NCBI GenBank assembly: GCA_964035545.1
Contig: OZ037772.1
Span: 4,059,538-4,123,537, forward strand
Reading direction: 5' to 3'
Length of the DNA: 64,000 nucleotides
DNA from: Bugula neritina
Lineage: Eukaryota > Animalia > Bryozoa
A program made the position numbers and the translations under genes. The notes beneath the pieces are model-generated. The model searched no databases. It was not told where the DNA came from and saw only the letters and a list, made by a program, of their open reading frames with translations. Position 1 is the stretch's first letter. Each line of letters begins with the position of its first letter. Below are positions 1 to 11,703 of this stretch, in pieces.

Positions 1-228
1 GATTATTTTGCAAGGCCATGATAGAGTTTTGACTTTGCAAGTTATTCTGCAAGGCCATGATAGAATTTTGAATTTCCTCTCCACTATTTTTACTAAAACT
101 CTTAAGCTATACTCATATATTCAAACCATTAGTTCTAATCATAACTACTATTAGCATATCATTCTGTAAAAACATCAAGTTGCTGTGCAGTATCTACTCT
201 GCAAAATATAAATTACTGTGTAATCTCT

Positions 229-272
229 GATCTGACAATAGTTTCATGCCTCTTCGGCACTCCTCAGGCTCA
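229..272 (-). ncRNA. Degenerate minimal type I hammerhead ribozyme motif (3' end of a Penelope-like element)
   Basis: Minus strand reads CUGAGGA-G-UGCC(GAAGA)GGCA-U-GAAAC-UAUU-GUC. Core and stem II are present but stem I pairs poorly. Lies about 260 bp downstream of the PLE fragment at 527-820. Confidence 0.4.
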
Positions 273-526
273 ATATTGACGAATTTAAATTTTTACATTA
301 AGAAAATCAAAATGCTAAACACAAGGTAAAACGTAACGAAGACATAGCAGTGGCTGTATTGTTATATAGGTTTGTAGGTGTAAATTAATATATAAAAAAA
401 ACCATAATGTAATGTAAAAACATAATTTATAGCAGATGCATGAAGTTTTTGTTGGGTGACTATTCTCTATGGTTATTTGTATATTATTTACTATAGTACT
501 TAAAATATAAATAGGCTACAGAGTTT

Positions 527-820
527 CTAGGTTTTGTGGTTGCACAGTAAGAATTTTTTTGAGTGTCGGCAGGTTGATAAGAGTTCATTTCGCTTGTTTA
601 AAGTACACATGTTAGGTTTGTATAAAATAAAGAAACCTTCCCATAGGCATAAATTACATCTTTTGGTAGTTGTGTTGTATGGTTTCGCTTTTCTTAATAT
701 TTTCCAGCTTATGTTGTGCTTAATGTTTTTGTTAGTTAGTTGCCAAATGTGTTTGCTAAGTTCTGTTTGATTTGCTTTCTCCTTGTTTTTAAATGATGAT
801 CTGTGGTTTGCGTATCTTAG
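527..820 (-). mobile_element. Penelope-like element fragment, C-terminal part of GIY-YIG endonuclease (Naiad-like)
   Basis: Manual translation LRYANHRSSFKNKEKANQTELSKHIWQL...WKILRKAKPYNTTTKRCNLCLWE...LNKRNELLSTCRHSKKFLL* aligns with the C-terminus of the 1883-2983 ORF but is clearly a different family. Confidence 0.85.
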
Positions 821-844
821 TGTTGATAAATTTCATTCATTGCT

Positions 845-882
845 ACTCTTAAGATGGGTACAGTGGTACCCGAAATATCAGT
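845..882 (+). ncRNA. Minimal hammerhead ribozyme motif with core mutation (CUUAAGA)
   Basis: act-CTTAAGA-t-gggtac(agtg)gtaccc-GAAA-ta-TC-agt. Confidence 0.5.
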
Positions 883-936
883 GTAATTACTTTACCTAAT
901 AAAGTAATAAATAACAATGTTTCTCGTATACCTATT

Positions 937-972
<36 letters not shown>

Positions 973-991
973 TTACGAGCTAGAAATTTGA

Positions 992-1685
992 TTATAAATA
1001 AGTATATGAGAAACATTGTTGATTTCTTACTTTATTAGGTAAAGTAAGTATACTGATACTTCGAGTACCACTGTACCCATCTTCAGAGTAGCAATGAATG
1101 AAATTCGAAGATTATTATGTTACGTTAGACGTTATGCATGACACAAAGAATAGAGTGGCAGTTATTGTAAATTATTGAAACTTAGGGAAATAATCTTATT
1201 TTATACATTACGCAGGTCAAAAATTATACTGATTTTTTTGCATAAAAAATAAATTAGAGTTGACAAAAAAATAGATATCCAAATATAAAAACAGCAAAAA
1301 TTAGTGAAACTATGTGAGAGTTGAGTAGTGTGGAGCTATTGATATAGTTTTAGTGGTATGGAGTAATTTTGTTTATTGAGTTGCGGTTTTATTTGTTTAA
1401 TGTAGAGAGCTTCGGCTACTTTTCGATGATGGATTCCTTTAAAATTTAAATGAATGATTTAAAACTGTTACATTGTCTATTGATATGTTTCCATGATTAG
1501 CGGTGAAGTTGTGTTGATAAATTTTGGAATTAATGTCATGGCATGCAGTGTTCATGTATCCTGTGTGATAGGCGACGTTCGGTTTCGCCTACATATGTTT
1601 GTTGACAGGTAGCTTCAGGGCAGGTTATTTTGTAGACTAGGTTGTAAATGTGTTCTTTATTGGTTTTATTTTTGAGATTAAAATG

Positions 1686-1688
<3 letters not shown>
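992..1688 (-). mobile_element. 5'-truncated Penelope-like element (Penelope/Poseidon-style GIY-YIG), frameshifted, with 3' hammerhead
   Basis: Minus strand 1652->1336 gives NLVYKITCPEATCQQTYVGETERRLSHRIHEH / SKIYQH...NVTVL / RKVAEALYIKQIKPQLNKQ...LKLYQ* across two frameshifts. (TA)n lies at or near both ends. Confidence 0.8.
1052..1089 (-). ncRNA. Minimal hammerhead ribozyme motif with core mutation (GAAG)
   Basis: Minus strand act-CTGAAGA-t-gggtac(agtg)gtactc-GAAG-ta-TC-agt, in the 3' end of the PLE. Confidence 0.55.
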
Positions 1689-1719
<31 letters not shown>

Positions 1720-1767
1720 GTACTAATACAATTTTGGATATAAAAATAAATTTAGATCTTCATTTAT

Positions 1768-1814
1768 TGACTACAATATTGTTTCACGTAGTGCGAGCTA
1801 CAATCATCAGGTCA
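1768..1814 (-). ncRNA. Type I minimal hammerhead ribozyme in PLE 3' terminal repeat
   Basis: Minus strand tgac-CTGATGA-t-tgtag(ctcgca)ctacg-t-GAA-acaatattgt-A-gtca: 4-bp stem I, palindromic stem III, GUA cleavage triplet. Confidence 0.75.
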
Positions 1815-1882
1815 TTGTGTGTACGCTTGAGTGATTTTGTTTTGAAATTAGTATTGTTAGTGTGTTACTACGCTGGAATGTT

Positions 1883-2981
1883 TTAACTAGCGTCTGTTAA
1901 GTGCGCAAGTAAAAATTTGCGTTTATGTCTACATGTGGTGGAAAGCTCTTTTCGTTTGTTGAGGGGAGATAATTCCGGTTGTTTTAAAATCATATACTTC
2001 TCATAGTTGCATAAGTTACATTTGCTGGTTAGGTTTGAGTATGATTTGCAAATTTTTAAAATATTCCATTTTAAGCTGAATTTTGTGTTGTTGTCTTTTA
2101 AATTCCAGATGTGTCTGCTGAGTTGCGTGCTGTTGGCTTTATCTGCATGTAGGAAAGAGGCTTTGTGGTTATTGAATCTGGTTTTGAAGGTAGTCGAACA
2201 AAGTCCTATGTATGAATGGCTAGAATTATTGTCATGTCTTGTTACAGTTGCTTGGTATATTACGTCTTTGTATAAGCATTTACCATTTAATGGACGGTGG
2301 GAAGGTTGTTTGCAGTTACATTGTGTGTTATTTAGTTTAGTAGCGGTAGTAGGGGTGTGTGTGGTTTTAAGTTTGTGATGGTTCGAGCCATCAATAGTAT
2401 TTTTCATGTTGGGCATGCATGAATAGCTAATTTTTATGGTTTTCCTATTGAAAATTTTACTTAGTTGGTTGGATGGTGGAAGGCATTTGTCGATGATTTG
2501 AAGAAATTTCTTCCCTATTTTGGTTTTTACTGTTGAACTGAAAGGTGGGTTGTACCACAATATGTTTCTATTTCTATTTCTATTATTGTTGTTGGATTTG
2601 GGTGTCGGGTTATATTTTAATTTATAGTCATATCCACTGTTTGATAGTGCTTCTTGGTACGACTGTATGGTGGTGTTAAACTCTTCTTCATTGGAGGATA
2701 GTGAGCTGAGTCTTTTGTTTATATTTTCTGGTATGTTTTTCAATACTGCAGGTGGGTGGTCGCTTTGTTTATGAACATAAAGGATAGTGTTTCCAGGTTT
2801 TGTATAGGGTTTATAGGATTGGTTAGTCAAGTTAAATGTTACATCTAGGAAGTTTACAACTTTCTTATTGGCTTCTATTGTGATTGAAAGATTAAATTTT
2901 CTAAAAAAGTTGCAAATTTGTTTTTTGTTCTGCTCTATATGTCTAGGTGTTCCTTCACAAACTATGAGTCCATCATCTCTA

Positions 2982-2983
<2 letters not shown>
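1883..2983 (-). CDS. PLE reverse transcriptase C-terminal half plus GIY-YIG endonuclease (5' truncated)
   Basis: The frame is open upstream of the listed ORF to YRDDGLIV...ITIEANKKVVNFLDVTF. It continues with WYNPPFS, KISYSCMPN, CNC..PLNGKC, VIYQATV..YIGL..FKTRFNNH, CNLC and CRH. Confidence 0.9.
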
Positions 2984-3023
<40 letters not shown>

Positions 3024-3091
3024 CTTTTAAATATGCTTTAGTAGAAACATAAGTTTCTACTATTGCGAAGGTGTGGGCCATGGTACTCTAT

Positions 3092-3137
3092 TCTGTGCTG
3101 ATGAGGGGACAAACCCGAAACAGCTGCTGTCCACAGA
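3092..3137 (+). ncRNA. Intact minimal type I hammerhead ribozyme
   Basis: tctgtg-CTGATGA-gggg(acaaa)ccc-GAA-acag(ctg)ctgt-C-cacaga: 6-bp stem I, complete core, GUC triplet (predicted cleavage after 3131). Sits in a 120-bp island between two (TA)n tracts. Confidence 0.85.
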
Positions 3138-3140
3138 TTG

Positions 3141-3294
<154 letters not shown>

Positions 3295-3428
3295 CTGTAC
3301 AGCTATACAGCTATAAACATGCACGTACATAAAGAAAATAACATTTATGCAACTAGTAGTAAATACTGTTTAGTATAAGCTTCTACTAATTTTGCTATGG
3401 CATGTAGCTGCATTATATATACTATATG

Positions 3429-3462
<34 letters not shown>

Positions 3463-3516
3463 TTATAGCTATTATAAACATGCACGTACATAAAGAAAAT
3501 AACATTCATGCAACTA

Positions 3517-4140
3517 TGTTATAACGGGAACTTGTGGTATCCTGCTATAACTTACTGTACAGCTGTTACTAATATGGCTAAGCCTTAGTGATTCACTATA
3601 ACAGTATTATATGCATATACTATATGGTAATTAATTTGTAGATTGTTGATGACTCCTCTCGTTCCTGGTACGTCTACCTGGTCTTACAGAGAAGTGACTT
3701 CAGATAGCTGTTGGGTGTAGCAAGATTCTTCTTGCCGGTTAGCTCCACGTCAGCTGCTTCAGGATAGGTTGCAGTATTACAAAAGCGGCTGTAATACTTA
3801 GGCTTCCTGCTGGTTGGTCCACGTCAGCTATCTCAGGATAGGTTACTGCCTTTACAAGGGTGGCTGCATCTCCATATAAGGATAAAGCCACGAAGCTGCA
3901 GGATCAGGGTGTTTGACGTATAGGAACTGACTTCAAAGTGAAAATGTAATTATAATTGTAATGAAATTAGTACATGTTACAGACAGTAGGAGACAGCTTG
4001 GCTATTGTGATGACATTAGTTCTCTCTAATCTGTATAACATTGGAAAGTTAATATTAATGTGGGGTGTAGCTGGGCGATAGGAAATGAGAATGTAGAATG
4101 AGAATTGAACAAGTGTAAAGTCCATAATTCCACTACAACA
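3517..4140. mobile_element. Solo LTR (624 bp) of an unidentified LTR retrotransposon
   Basis: TGTTATA...TACAACA ends with a 4-bp TSD ACTA (3513-3516 / 4141-4144). An uninterrupted paralogous empty site lies at about 3310-3416. Internal ~75-bp degenerate repeats (ccacgtcagct..caggataggtt). Confidence 0.75.
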
Positions 4141-5015
4141 ACTAGTAGTAAATACTGTTTAGTATAAGGTTTTACTAATTTTGCTATGGCGTGTAGCTGC
4201 ATTATAATAAATAGCGAGTGAGTATACACTACTAAATGGATTGGTGGAGACCCTAAAGCACTTTATAGTCGTTTATGCAAAAAAATTTCAGTTTAATATA
4301 TGAAAGTTATAAAAATTATTTTAGATAGAACACACACTAACTGAAAGCCAATTTTTTTTTCAAAAAAGTATATCATATACCTGCATACTTTGTGCAGGAA
4401 CGAAGAGAGAGCCCCAAAGGAAGAGCCACACCTACCATGTCTAATGAAAACAGACCTGTCATACTAAGTAGCTACAGACCTGCTATACCAGATAAAAACA
4501 AACCTGTCATGTTGCACAAAACTGAACCTGCAGTACTGAGCAAAGAGCAACCAATCAAATATTCCAAGCAAAGAGGAAACGATTCAGCATTGTGGAAAAA
4601 CCTCTCCAGGCAGGATCAGCAAACTCCGACAGCTGGTCAAAGTTTTAGTTACAGAAAAGGAAGAATTGCCAAGTATTGTGATGATTCAGTGAGGAAAACA
4701 GCATGCTTACCTTATTCTGGTAACCACCACACAACTGTGAAGAGAAAAGGGCTGAAAAGCTGCACAACTTTGAGAGATTTCTCATACAGACAGCTGTTCT
4801 ATAAGAAGTGTTACATAAGAGTTGTGACTATTGACTATTATAGACAGGGCTGTAAGAATGTGGACACAGTTTTAGGATTTCTTATTTTAGGAATCCAATA
4901 TTTTAGTTATGTTATGATAGCATTAACTTAGCAGAAGCATTGGTGGAACTTGATATAATGCTTAATTACTACTCAAAGCAGAATAGTTTAGTATTTTTTA
5001 AAAAGAACATAATAT

Positions 5016-5424
5016 TGTGGTAGATTTTAGTGGTGCAAGTATATTGTATTAATCGAAAAGGTTTACTCTATATTGTTTTATGTATCTTGTGAGTTCGACA
5101 CTGTCGGAGTGTAACTATGGACAGTAGTGGCACCATTAGTAGCCACCAATCAGGACAGTGACACTAATTGATAGCAGGTGGAGCTAGCTACTCGTAGTTG
5201 CAGTGCGCTGAGTAGCTAGCCGGCAGAGCAGCTTGGGACTTCATTTAGAACAGTTGTGTATTAAAGCTCACTAATTATGTAATCGTTTTCTATTCATGCT
5301 AGCAGTAAATAACCTTCTTGTATTTGTGTAAATAATAAAGTATCTTATCGTAAACAACCTGTCGCAGTGGCTTTGATTAAGTAGACCCACAAATAATAAT
5401 AATGAACTGGCAAAATTCACTACA
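5016..5424 (+). repeat. 5' LTR of element A
   Basis: TGTGGTAG...CACTACA; I found one substitution relative to 12158-12566. Confidence 0.97.
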
Positions 5425-5425
5425 C

Positions 5426-5443
5426 TGGTGGCAGCAGTGGGAT
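5426..5443 (+). promoter_or_regulatory. Primer binding site, tRNA-Leu type
   Basis: TGGTGGCAGCAGTGGGAT one base after the LTR; complementary (one mismatch) to the 3' end of metazoan tRNA-Leu (...AUCCCACCGCUGCCACCA). Confidence 0.8.
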
Positions 5444-5479
5444 CTCACTTAATACAAATGCCCTTAGCCAGGGAGTAAG

Positions 5480-6349
5480 ATGGCCGACGAAGTCGTCGAC
5501 GCGCCCCGACAGGAGCCAGCAGCAATAGAGGAGGATCACATAGGCGGCCCAGCGCTGCCTATGGACAGGTACCACTTGCGGGCTCCCACCTTCTCTGGAG
5601 AAGAAGATGTGGAGCAATTCATCACTGAGTTCAGTGATGTGGCGGACATCTGCGGATGGCCGAACAGGGTTACTCTGATCCAGCTGCGGTTGTGTCTGAC
5701 AGGGCCGGCTAAACCCTATGGGATAAGCCAGAATGTCGGTGACATATTTGAAGCAATACGAGCTAGGTTTGGATTAACCGCTCGAGATGCTCGCGTGCAA
5801 CTGCAGAGTCTTAGGAGAAATCCTAAGACCAATCTGCGAGAGCACGCTACCGTAGTCGAACGACTGGCACAAGTTGCTTACAGCGACTTGCCTGCCGATG
5901 GTCGACAGAGCCTAGCACTGGACGCATTCCTCCAGTCCATTAACAACCTCGGTCTTAAACAGCATCTGCTGGTGGCCGAAGTTGAGACTATGGAGAGAGC
6001 TCTAAAGCTTGGGAATGCCTATTTCCAAGCCGACAGTGCAAGTCGACCTGGCGCGACAGTACAGCAAGTCGGGGCAGACGACGTGTCGACGTCGTCAACG
6101 AAGACAGCTGTACAAGTCGCAGCGGCAGCAGCAGACAAATCTAGCTTAACCACGAGCTTGATTCGAGAACTGCTCGCCGAGTTCAGGCAACTGCGCCAGC
6201 AGGCGACAGCCGAGAGACCCAAGAGGTCGTCGGTAGCTGTCGCCGACAGGCGCGGCCCCGTATGCTGGGGCTGTGGTAGTGGTGGGCACTTCCTACGAAG
6301 TTGCCCCCGCGGCAGTGGGAGGCGGTTAAACAGCGACGGCCCACGGTAA
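5480..6349 (+). CDS. gag: Gag of element A
   Basis: PTFSGEEDVEQF capsid-like start and CCHC zinc knuckle CWGCGSGGHFLRSC. Confidence 0.93.
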   Translation: MADEVVDAPRQEPAAIEEDHIGGPALPMDRYHLRAPTFSGEEDVEQFITEFSDVADICGWPNRVTLIQLRLCLTGPAKPYGISQNVGDIFEAIRARFGLTARDARVQLQSLRRNPKTNLREHATVVERLAQVAYSDLPADGRQSLALDAFLQSINNLGLKQHLLVAEVETMERALKLGNAYFQADSASRPGATVQQVGADDVSTSSTKTAVQVAAAAADKSSLTTSLIRELLAEFRQLRQQATAERPKRSSVAVADRRGPVCWGCGSGGHFLRSCPRGSGRRLNSDGPR

Positions 6350-6368
6350 CTTCCGCCTACCGTGGGCC
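6325..6368 (+). promoter_or_regulatory. -1 ribosomal frameshift signal (G_UUA_AAC plus 11-bp hairpin)
   Basis: Heptamer in gag phase at 6325-6331, 6-nt spacer, stem ggcccacggta/taccgtgggcc; pol is in the -1 frame. Confidence 0.85.
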
Positions 6369-9300
6369 CGAGTTTAACCCCCCAAGGCAAAGGCTACGGC
6401 CCCCACCCCATCGGGTGAGGAGGCCGCCTTCGCCAGAGTGGCAAGTCCCAAGGAGAGTGAGTCGGCCGCAAGGCCCACCAATACCTCCGGCTTGGGCACT
6501 CAAAAACCGCTTTGAAGGTTTGCTTGATGAGGGAGTGAACAACGAATGGGAGCACAACAGGGATTTTCCTCGGTTGCCCACACGAGCATCAGTCCGAGAA
6601 TTCACTCGGCCGCCCGTGTGTGAGCGAGACCGAGACGTACCCTGCCCGCCCATGCAACGTCGACGACCCCCTCGCAACCGAAAAGCACAGGTGCATCCCC
6701 AATTCCATGCACATGAGGTGTCGCCTCAAGAGACAAATCGCTCAGTGAGCGCCCAGCCATATGGAAGCAGCTATTTCCTCCCCGGCAAAATTGCTGGTAA
6801 AGCTGCCACATTCCTGTTGGATACTGGGTGTACCACAAATCTACTGAGTCGACGTCTCTTCGACACTCTCAGTGCCAAGGACAGGGCTAGCCTAGAACCA
6901 TATGAGGGGGAACACGGCACGTTGGCGGACGGGTCGTGTATTCCTTTCTATGGGGTAATCCAGTTGACTGGTAGAGTCCGTGATCAGATGATCAGTGAGA
7001 CCTTCATCGTCAGTCAACTCAAGGAGGATGCCATCTTGGGCATGCCATTTCTGAAGCGACACAGGTGCTACATCGACTTTAGCAAGTCGGCAGTAGTGAT
7101 GGCGGGGCGTGAGCTGGCCTGTGTCGACCGATTTGGCCGACCCTTGGTGGGGGGAGTGCAGGTGGTACAGCGCTGTACTGTACCTGGGCGCTCCCGGGCT
7201 ACAGTTCGCTGCAGAGTGAACTGTAGGGAGATCTCCGAGCTCGGAGTGGTGGAAGGTGCACTGGGGGGCGTCCAGCTCGCTAACAGTCTGAATAGACTGG
7301 ATGAGCGGAGGGAGTTCCTGGTCCAGTGCGTAAACCCTTTCACGGAGCCGGTAGAATTACCGGCTGGGTCTCTAGTAGGGAAGTTCCACTCCGTGCAAGA
7401 GGAGGATGTAGGGCCCGCGCTGGAAACAGCGGGCGGTGCCCGGGGAGTACCCACTAGAGACGGCAGGGGGCCGGTGCCTGAACACGTAGCAGAGTTGTAC
7501 GAGGATGCCTGTGATGGCTGCGAGAGCAAGCGAGAACGCCTGGAGATGGCGCGGCTACTCTCTGAGTACAAGGATGTGTTCAGTTGCGGCGACCATGACA
7601 TGGGTCTGACTGAGACGGTTCGTCATGAGATACCCCTGGCGGCGGGGACGGTGCCGATTCGGCAGCCGACCCGCCGGTTAGGTCCTGAGAAGGAGAGAGA
7701 AGTGAGCCGTCAGGTGCAAGACCTTCTGAACCGGGACCTGATTGAGCCAGGCCATGGGGCCTGGAGTTCTCCAGTCGTCCTGGTTCGGAAAAAGGATGGT
7801 AGCTGGAGGTTTTGCGTTGATTATCGCAGGCTGAACAGCGTGACCATCCAGGACGCTTACCCTCTCCCGAGGATCGATGAGTCGCTCGATGCCTTAGCTG
7901 GTAGCAAGTTCTTCAGCACGTTAGACTTGTTAAGCGGGTATTGGCAGGTGCCCCTGAGTCCTGAAGCACAGGACAAGGCCGCGTTTATAACGCGGGATGG
8001 GCTCTGGAAATGGAAGGTGTTGCCATTCGGACTTACGTCCGCACCAGCCACCTTCCAGCGACTCATGGAGCAGGTCCTGAGTGGACTGCACTGGAAGACC
8101 TTGCTCATATATCTCGATGATGTCATCGTCATCTCCCCCGACTTCGACACACATGTCAGTCGACTCAGAGAGGTGTTCGACAGACTCCGAGCTGCTAACC
8201 TGAAGCTGAAGCCCTCGAAGTGTGCATTACTGCAACGCGAGGTCAAGTACCTGGGCCATGTAGTTGGTCGAGACGGGGTCGCCACCGACCCCGAGAAGGT
8301 ACGGGCCGTGAGGGACTGGGCCGTTCCTGTCGACCTCTCTGAATTGCGGGCATTCCTGGGGCTGGTTGGGTACTATCGTCAGTACATACCAGACTTCGCA
8401 GGAATTGCACAGCCGTTAAATCGGCTGACCGCAAAGGGGGTGCGATGGCAGTGGACGCAGGCTGAGCAGAAGGCATTTGACCACCTGAAGGATCGCCTGG
8501 TGGAGGCACCCATCTTGGCGTATCCTGACCCTGCGAAGGAGTACATTTTGGATACTGATGCCAGTAACCATAATGTGGGGGCTGTGCTATCGCAGGTCCA
8601 AGATGGTCGCGAGGTGGTGGTAGCTTACTATAGCAAGGCCCTGTCGGCGCCTGAGAAGAACTACTGTACAACCAGGAGGGAACTCTTGGCAGTAGTCAAG
8701 GCGGTCAAACACTTTAGACCATATCTATACGGGCGCACATTCCGGCTTCGGACGGATCATGCGTCCCTGATATGGCTGTGTCGACGGGCAGAACCATCTA
8801 GCCAAGTGGCGCGCTGGCTAGAGATCCTGGCAGAGTTTTCTTATCGGATCGAACATCGACCCGGTAAGAAACACGGTAATGCAGATGGACTCAGCCGCCG
8901 CCAGACAGATGGGTGTAAGCAATGCCAGAATATCGAGCGCAGGGACGGTGGACCCCCTCGCTCGGACGTCGAAGCGCAGTTGGGGAAAGCGGGTGTGTAC
9001 AGCTGGGAAGAAGGGCAACTCCTGTCCGAATCACCCAACAAAGCTGTTAACAACCTTCACGCAAACCCCACGTTGCTTCGGAACGTCAGGGAGCTATGTC
9101 GGCTCCAGTCCACGCTACCAGGAGTGGTAGCTGACCTAGTCCGGGCCAAGAAGGAGGGACGGCGGCCGAGTGAGGCCGAACAGCGAGTGAAGAGTACTGA
9201 GTTTAAGTACTTCTGTGACCGCTGGGACTCCCTAAGGTTCAACAGCGATGGGCTGCTAACAATCACGTTGGCAGTCGGCACCAATCGCAGTGAACGAGAG

Positions 9301-10874
9301 AGGGTAGTCTGCCCGTCAGCTCTGCGGCGGGAGTTGATCTGGGACACCCATAAGCAAGCTCACGCAGGAGCTAGCCGGGTGATCAGGTGTCTTCAACTCC
9401 AGTGGTTTTGGCCCGGTATGACCCGGGATGTCCGACTCCGGGTGCGGAAGTGCGAGGTGTGCCAAGCTAGCAAGCATGGCCGCCCCACTGAGACCGCAGG
9501 GAGGCGTCGCCTCCATGCCGGTCGTCCGTGGCAGGTGGTTGCTGTCGATCTGGTAGGCCCCATGCCCACTACAGCGAGAGGTAATAACTGGATACTGGTA
9601 TTAACTGACCATTTCACGCGGTGGTCTGATGCACTGGCTATTCCAGATGCGTCGGCCCCCTCGGTGGCCAGAGCTCTGGATCAACAGGTGTTCTGCTATT
9701 TCGGCTTGCCGGAGCAGATACACTCTGACCAGGGCGCCCAGTTTCAGTCGCAACTTATGAGCGATCTCTGTAGAATGTGGGGGGTAAACCAGAGTCGGGC
9801 GACCCCGTATCACCCGCAAGGGAACGGGGTCGTGGAGCGGAACAACCGAATGCTAGGGGACTCTCTGAGAAGCCTGTTTATCGGTAGGAGCCAGGAAGAG
9901 TGGGACTTGGTGTTGCCGCAGATCATGCGAGCGTACCGTAGTACCCCTCACTCCAGTACACTGGAGACCCCTAATTTTCTCATGCTGGGGAGAGAAACAA
10001 GGGTTCCTGAGCACGTAACCTATCATGTTCCGAATCCAGAGAGCAATGTCCCCGACTACGTGGACAAGCTCGTAAAACGCATGGGGACGGCTCACGAGGT
10101 GCTACGTGAGCAGCAGTGGCAGGTCAGGAGTGGTGACTCTGACGACCCACCTTTATACAAGGTGGGGGACTGGGTCTGGATGACCAGTCATCGCCGCAGG
10201 CGCGGACAGGCAGCCAAGTTGCAGCCGAAGTTCGTAGGTCCCTACTGCGTAATTGAGGTAATGCCAAATCATACATACAAAGTGGAACGGTCTGGACAAG
10301 TGTCGGTCCAGAACGAGGCACGGCTAAAACCTCACTGGGCAAGTCCTGATGCGGCAGGTCAAGCACCTCCTCTCTTAGAGCCAGCTAGGCGCCCTCCTAT
10401 GAGGGGGCGACCCATGGCATATCGAGAGATCGAGGAGATACTGCCAGACCAGGACGAGGCGGCTGATGCGCCAGCCGACCAGCCCCAACCTCCTCCACCC
10501 CAGGAAAAGGAGGTCGACACACCGGAAGACCTGTCGGAGCCGGCACCACCACCTGTGGAGCCGGTCGACAGGCCCATCGTCCCGGATGAGATGGCAATTC
10601 CTCAAAATCATGAGGAAGAGGCAGCTGGGGGGGACCACCCGTACTGGTGGACCCCCCCGTACTGGCGACACCACCCGTGGTGGAAGAGTCACCAGTCGTA
10701 GCAAATTCCCCAGTGCAGTTGGAGCGTAGCCAACGCACTAGGGCGCCTCCATCTTATTTAAAAGATTTCTTGTGTGATGCAGTGGAAAAACATCCATCAG
10801 CTATCATAAAAGAAATCTGGGGGGACGAGCAATTGAGAGTTGCGTTTCCAAGGTATAAGGAGACGCAATTGTGA
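6325..10874 (+). CDS. pol: Pol of element A (protease, RT, RNase H, integrase); one frameshift in a G-run near 10630 shifts the C-terminal tail
   Basis: FLLDTG, YLDD, DTDAS, HHCC and D,D(35)E motifs and a GPY module. The tail LERSQRTRAPPSYLKDFLCD (10647-10874 frame) matches the in-frame tail of element B. Confidence 0.95.
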
Positions 10875-11571
10875 GTTGCCTACCCCAGTGGTGTGACACA
10901 AAACACCACCGGGGGTAAGAAATGAGCGAAGTCAGCTCGCTAGTGAAAGGGGGTTATACAATCACTTTCACTGCGGAAAGCGTTCTTTTCTGATTCAACT
11001 GCCAACGTGCACGCATGTACTTGGCAGGCTGGCGCACTACGTAGCCTAAGTGGGCAGCAGACTAAAGTCAGGGCTGTCTTATGGTAAGTCTACTAGTATA
11101 ATTCTATTATTTAAGTAGAATTCAAGCTGGTAGCCTAAATCAGTCTCGCTTTATCATAATGATAAAGTTGATTTCCCAAGTCAGGTGATTCACTGACGAC
11201 TTGAGTGGGGCGGTCGACCACATGATTAATTATTAATCAGTGGTTAGTGATTGCGAGACTCAGTCGAGGTGTCGTACTGACAGGTGCAAACCCCTTCAAC
11301 AGTTGTTGGCATTCTGTTGCAGGTGAGACTGGAATGGCGGGGCCAAATTCCTTCTCCTGGCATAGCGCAGTCACATATTCATCTCAACTGTTGGCTAGAT
11401 GCTGGCTGCTTGACTAGATTCTTGTAGCGACATGACAGCAGTGCTGATGGCTGTCATAACAGAAGTGCCAGAGACAACTGGCACGTAGCTCCTTCCTCCC
11501 CTCCTCTGGCGATCACGTTCCGGTATAGGCAGAGTAGTTCTTCCCTCTTCTCTCCTGTGGCTACATCCTAA

Positions 11572-11703
11572 TAAGAAGAAGAAGTAATATTAAAGATTCC
11601 TGCATGAAGCTAAAAAGTAAAAATAGAAGTTAAGAAGAAGAAGTAATATTAAAGATTCCTGCATGAAGTTAAAAAGTAAAAATAGAAGTTAAGAAGAAGA
11701 AGT
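11572..11703. repeat. 59-bp tandem duplication in the 3' internal region of element A
   Basis: taagaagaagaagtaatattaaagattcctgcatgaag... at 11572, 11631 and (partial) 11690. Confidence 0.9.

Larger units (their letters stand above)
829..1105. repeat. About 113-bp inverted repeat (829-942 / 992-1105) around a (TA)n tract; tail-to-tail PLE terminal repeats
   Basis: aatttcattcattgctactc...ttattat is mirrored by ttataaata...gagtagcaatgaatgaaatt; each arm contains a hammerhead motif. Confidence 0.85.
1717..2984 (-). mobile_element. 5'-truncated Penelope-like retroelement (Naiad-like) embedded in (TA)n
   Basis: RT/thumb/GIY-YIG reading frame, 3' UTR hammerhead, and (TA)n directly at both ends (1689-1716 and 2985-3022). 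Confidence 0.9.

Noticed and set aside
4392-4931. 179-aa ORF upstream of element A
   Set aside because: GTG start, no motif, built partly from short degenerate repeats (acctgtcat). Possibly an old LTR, but termini and TSD were not found.
6019-10738. Many antisense or alternate-frame ORFs inside pol (also 22088-26646)
   Set aside because: Expected shadows of GC-rich coding sequence; no motifs.
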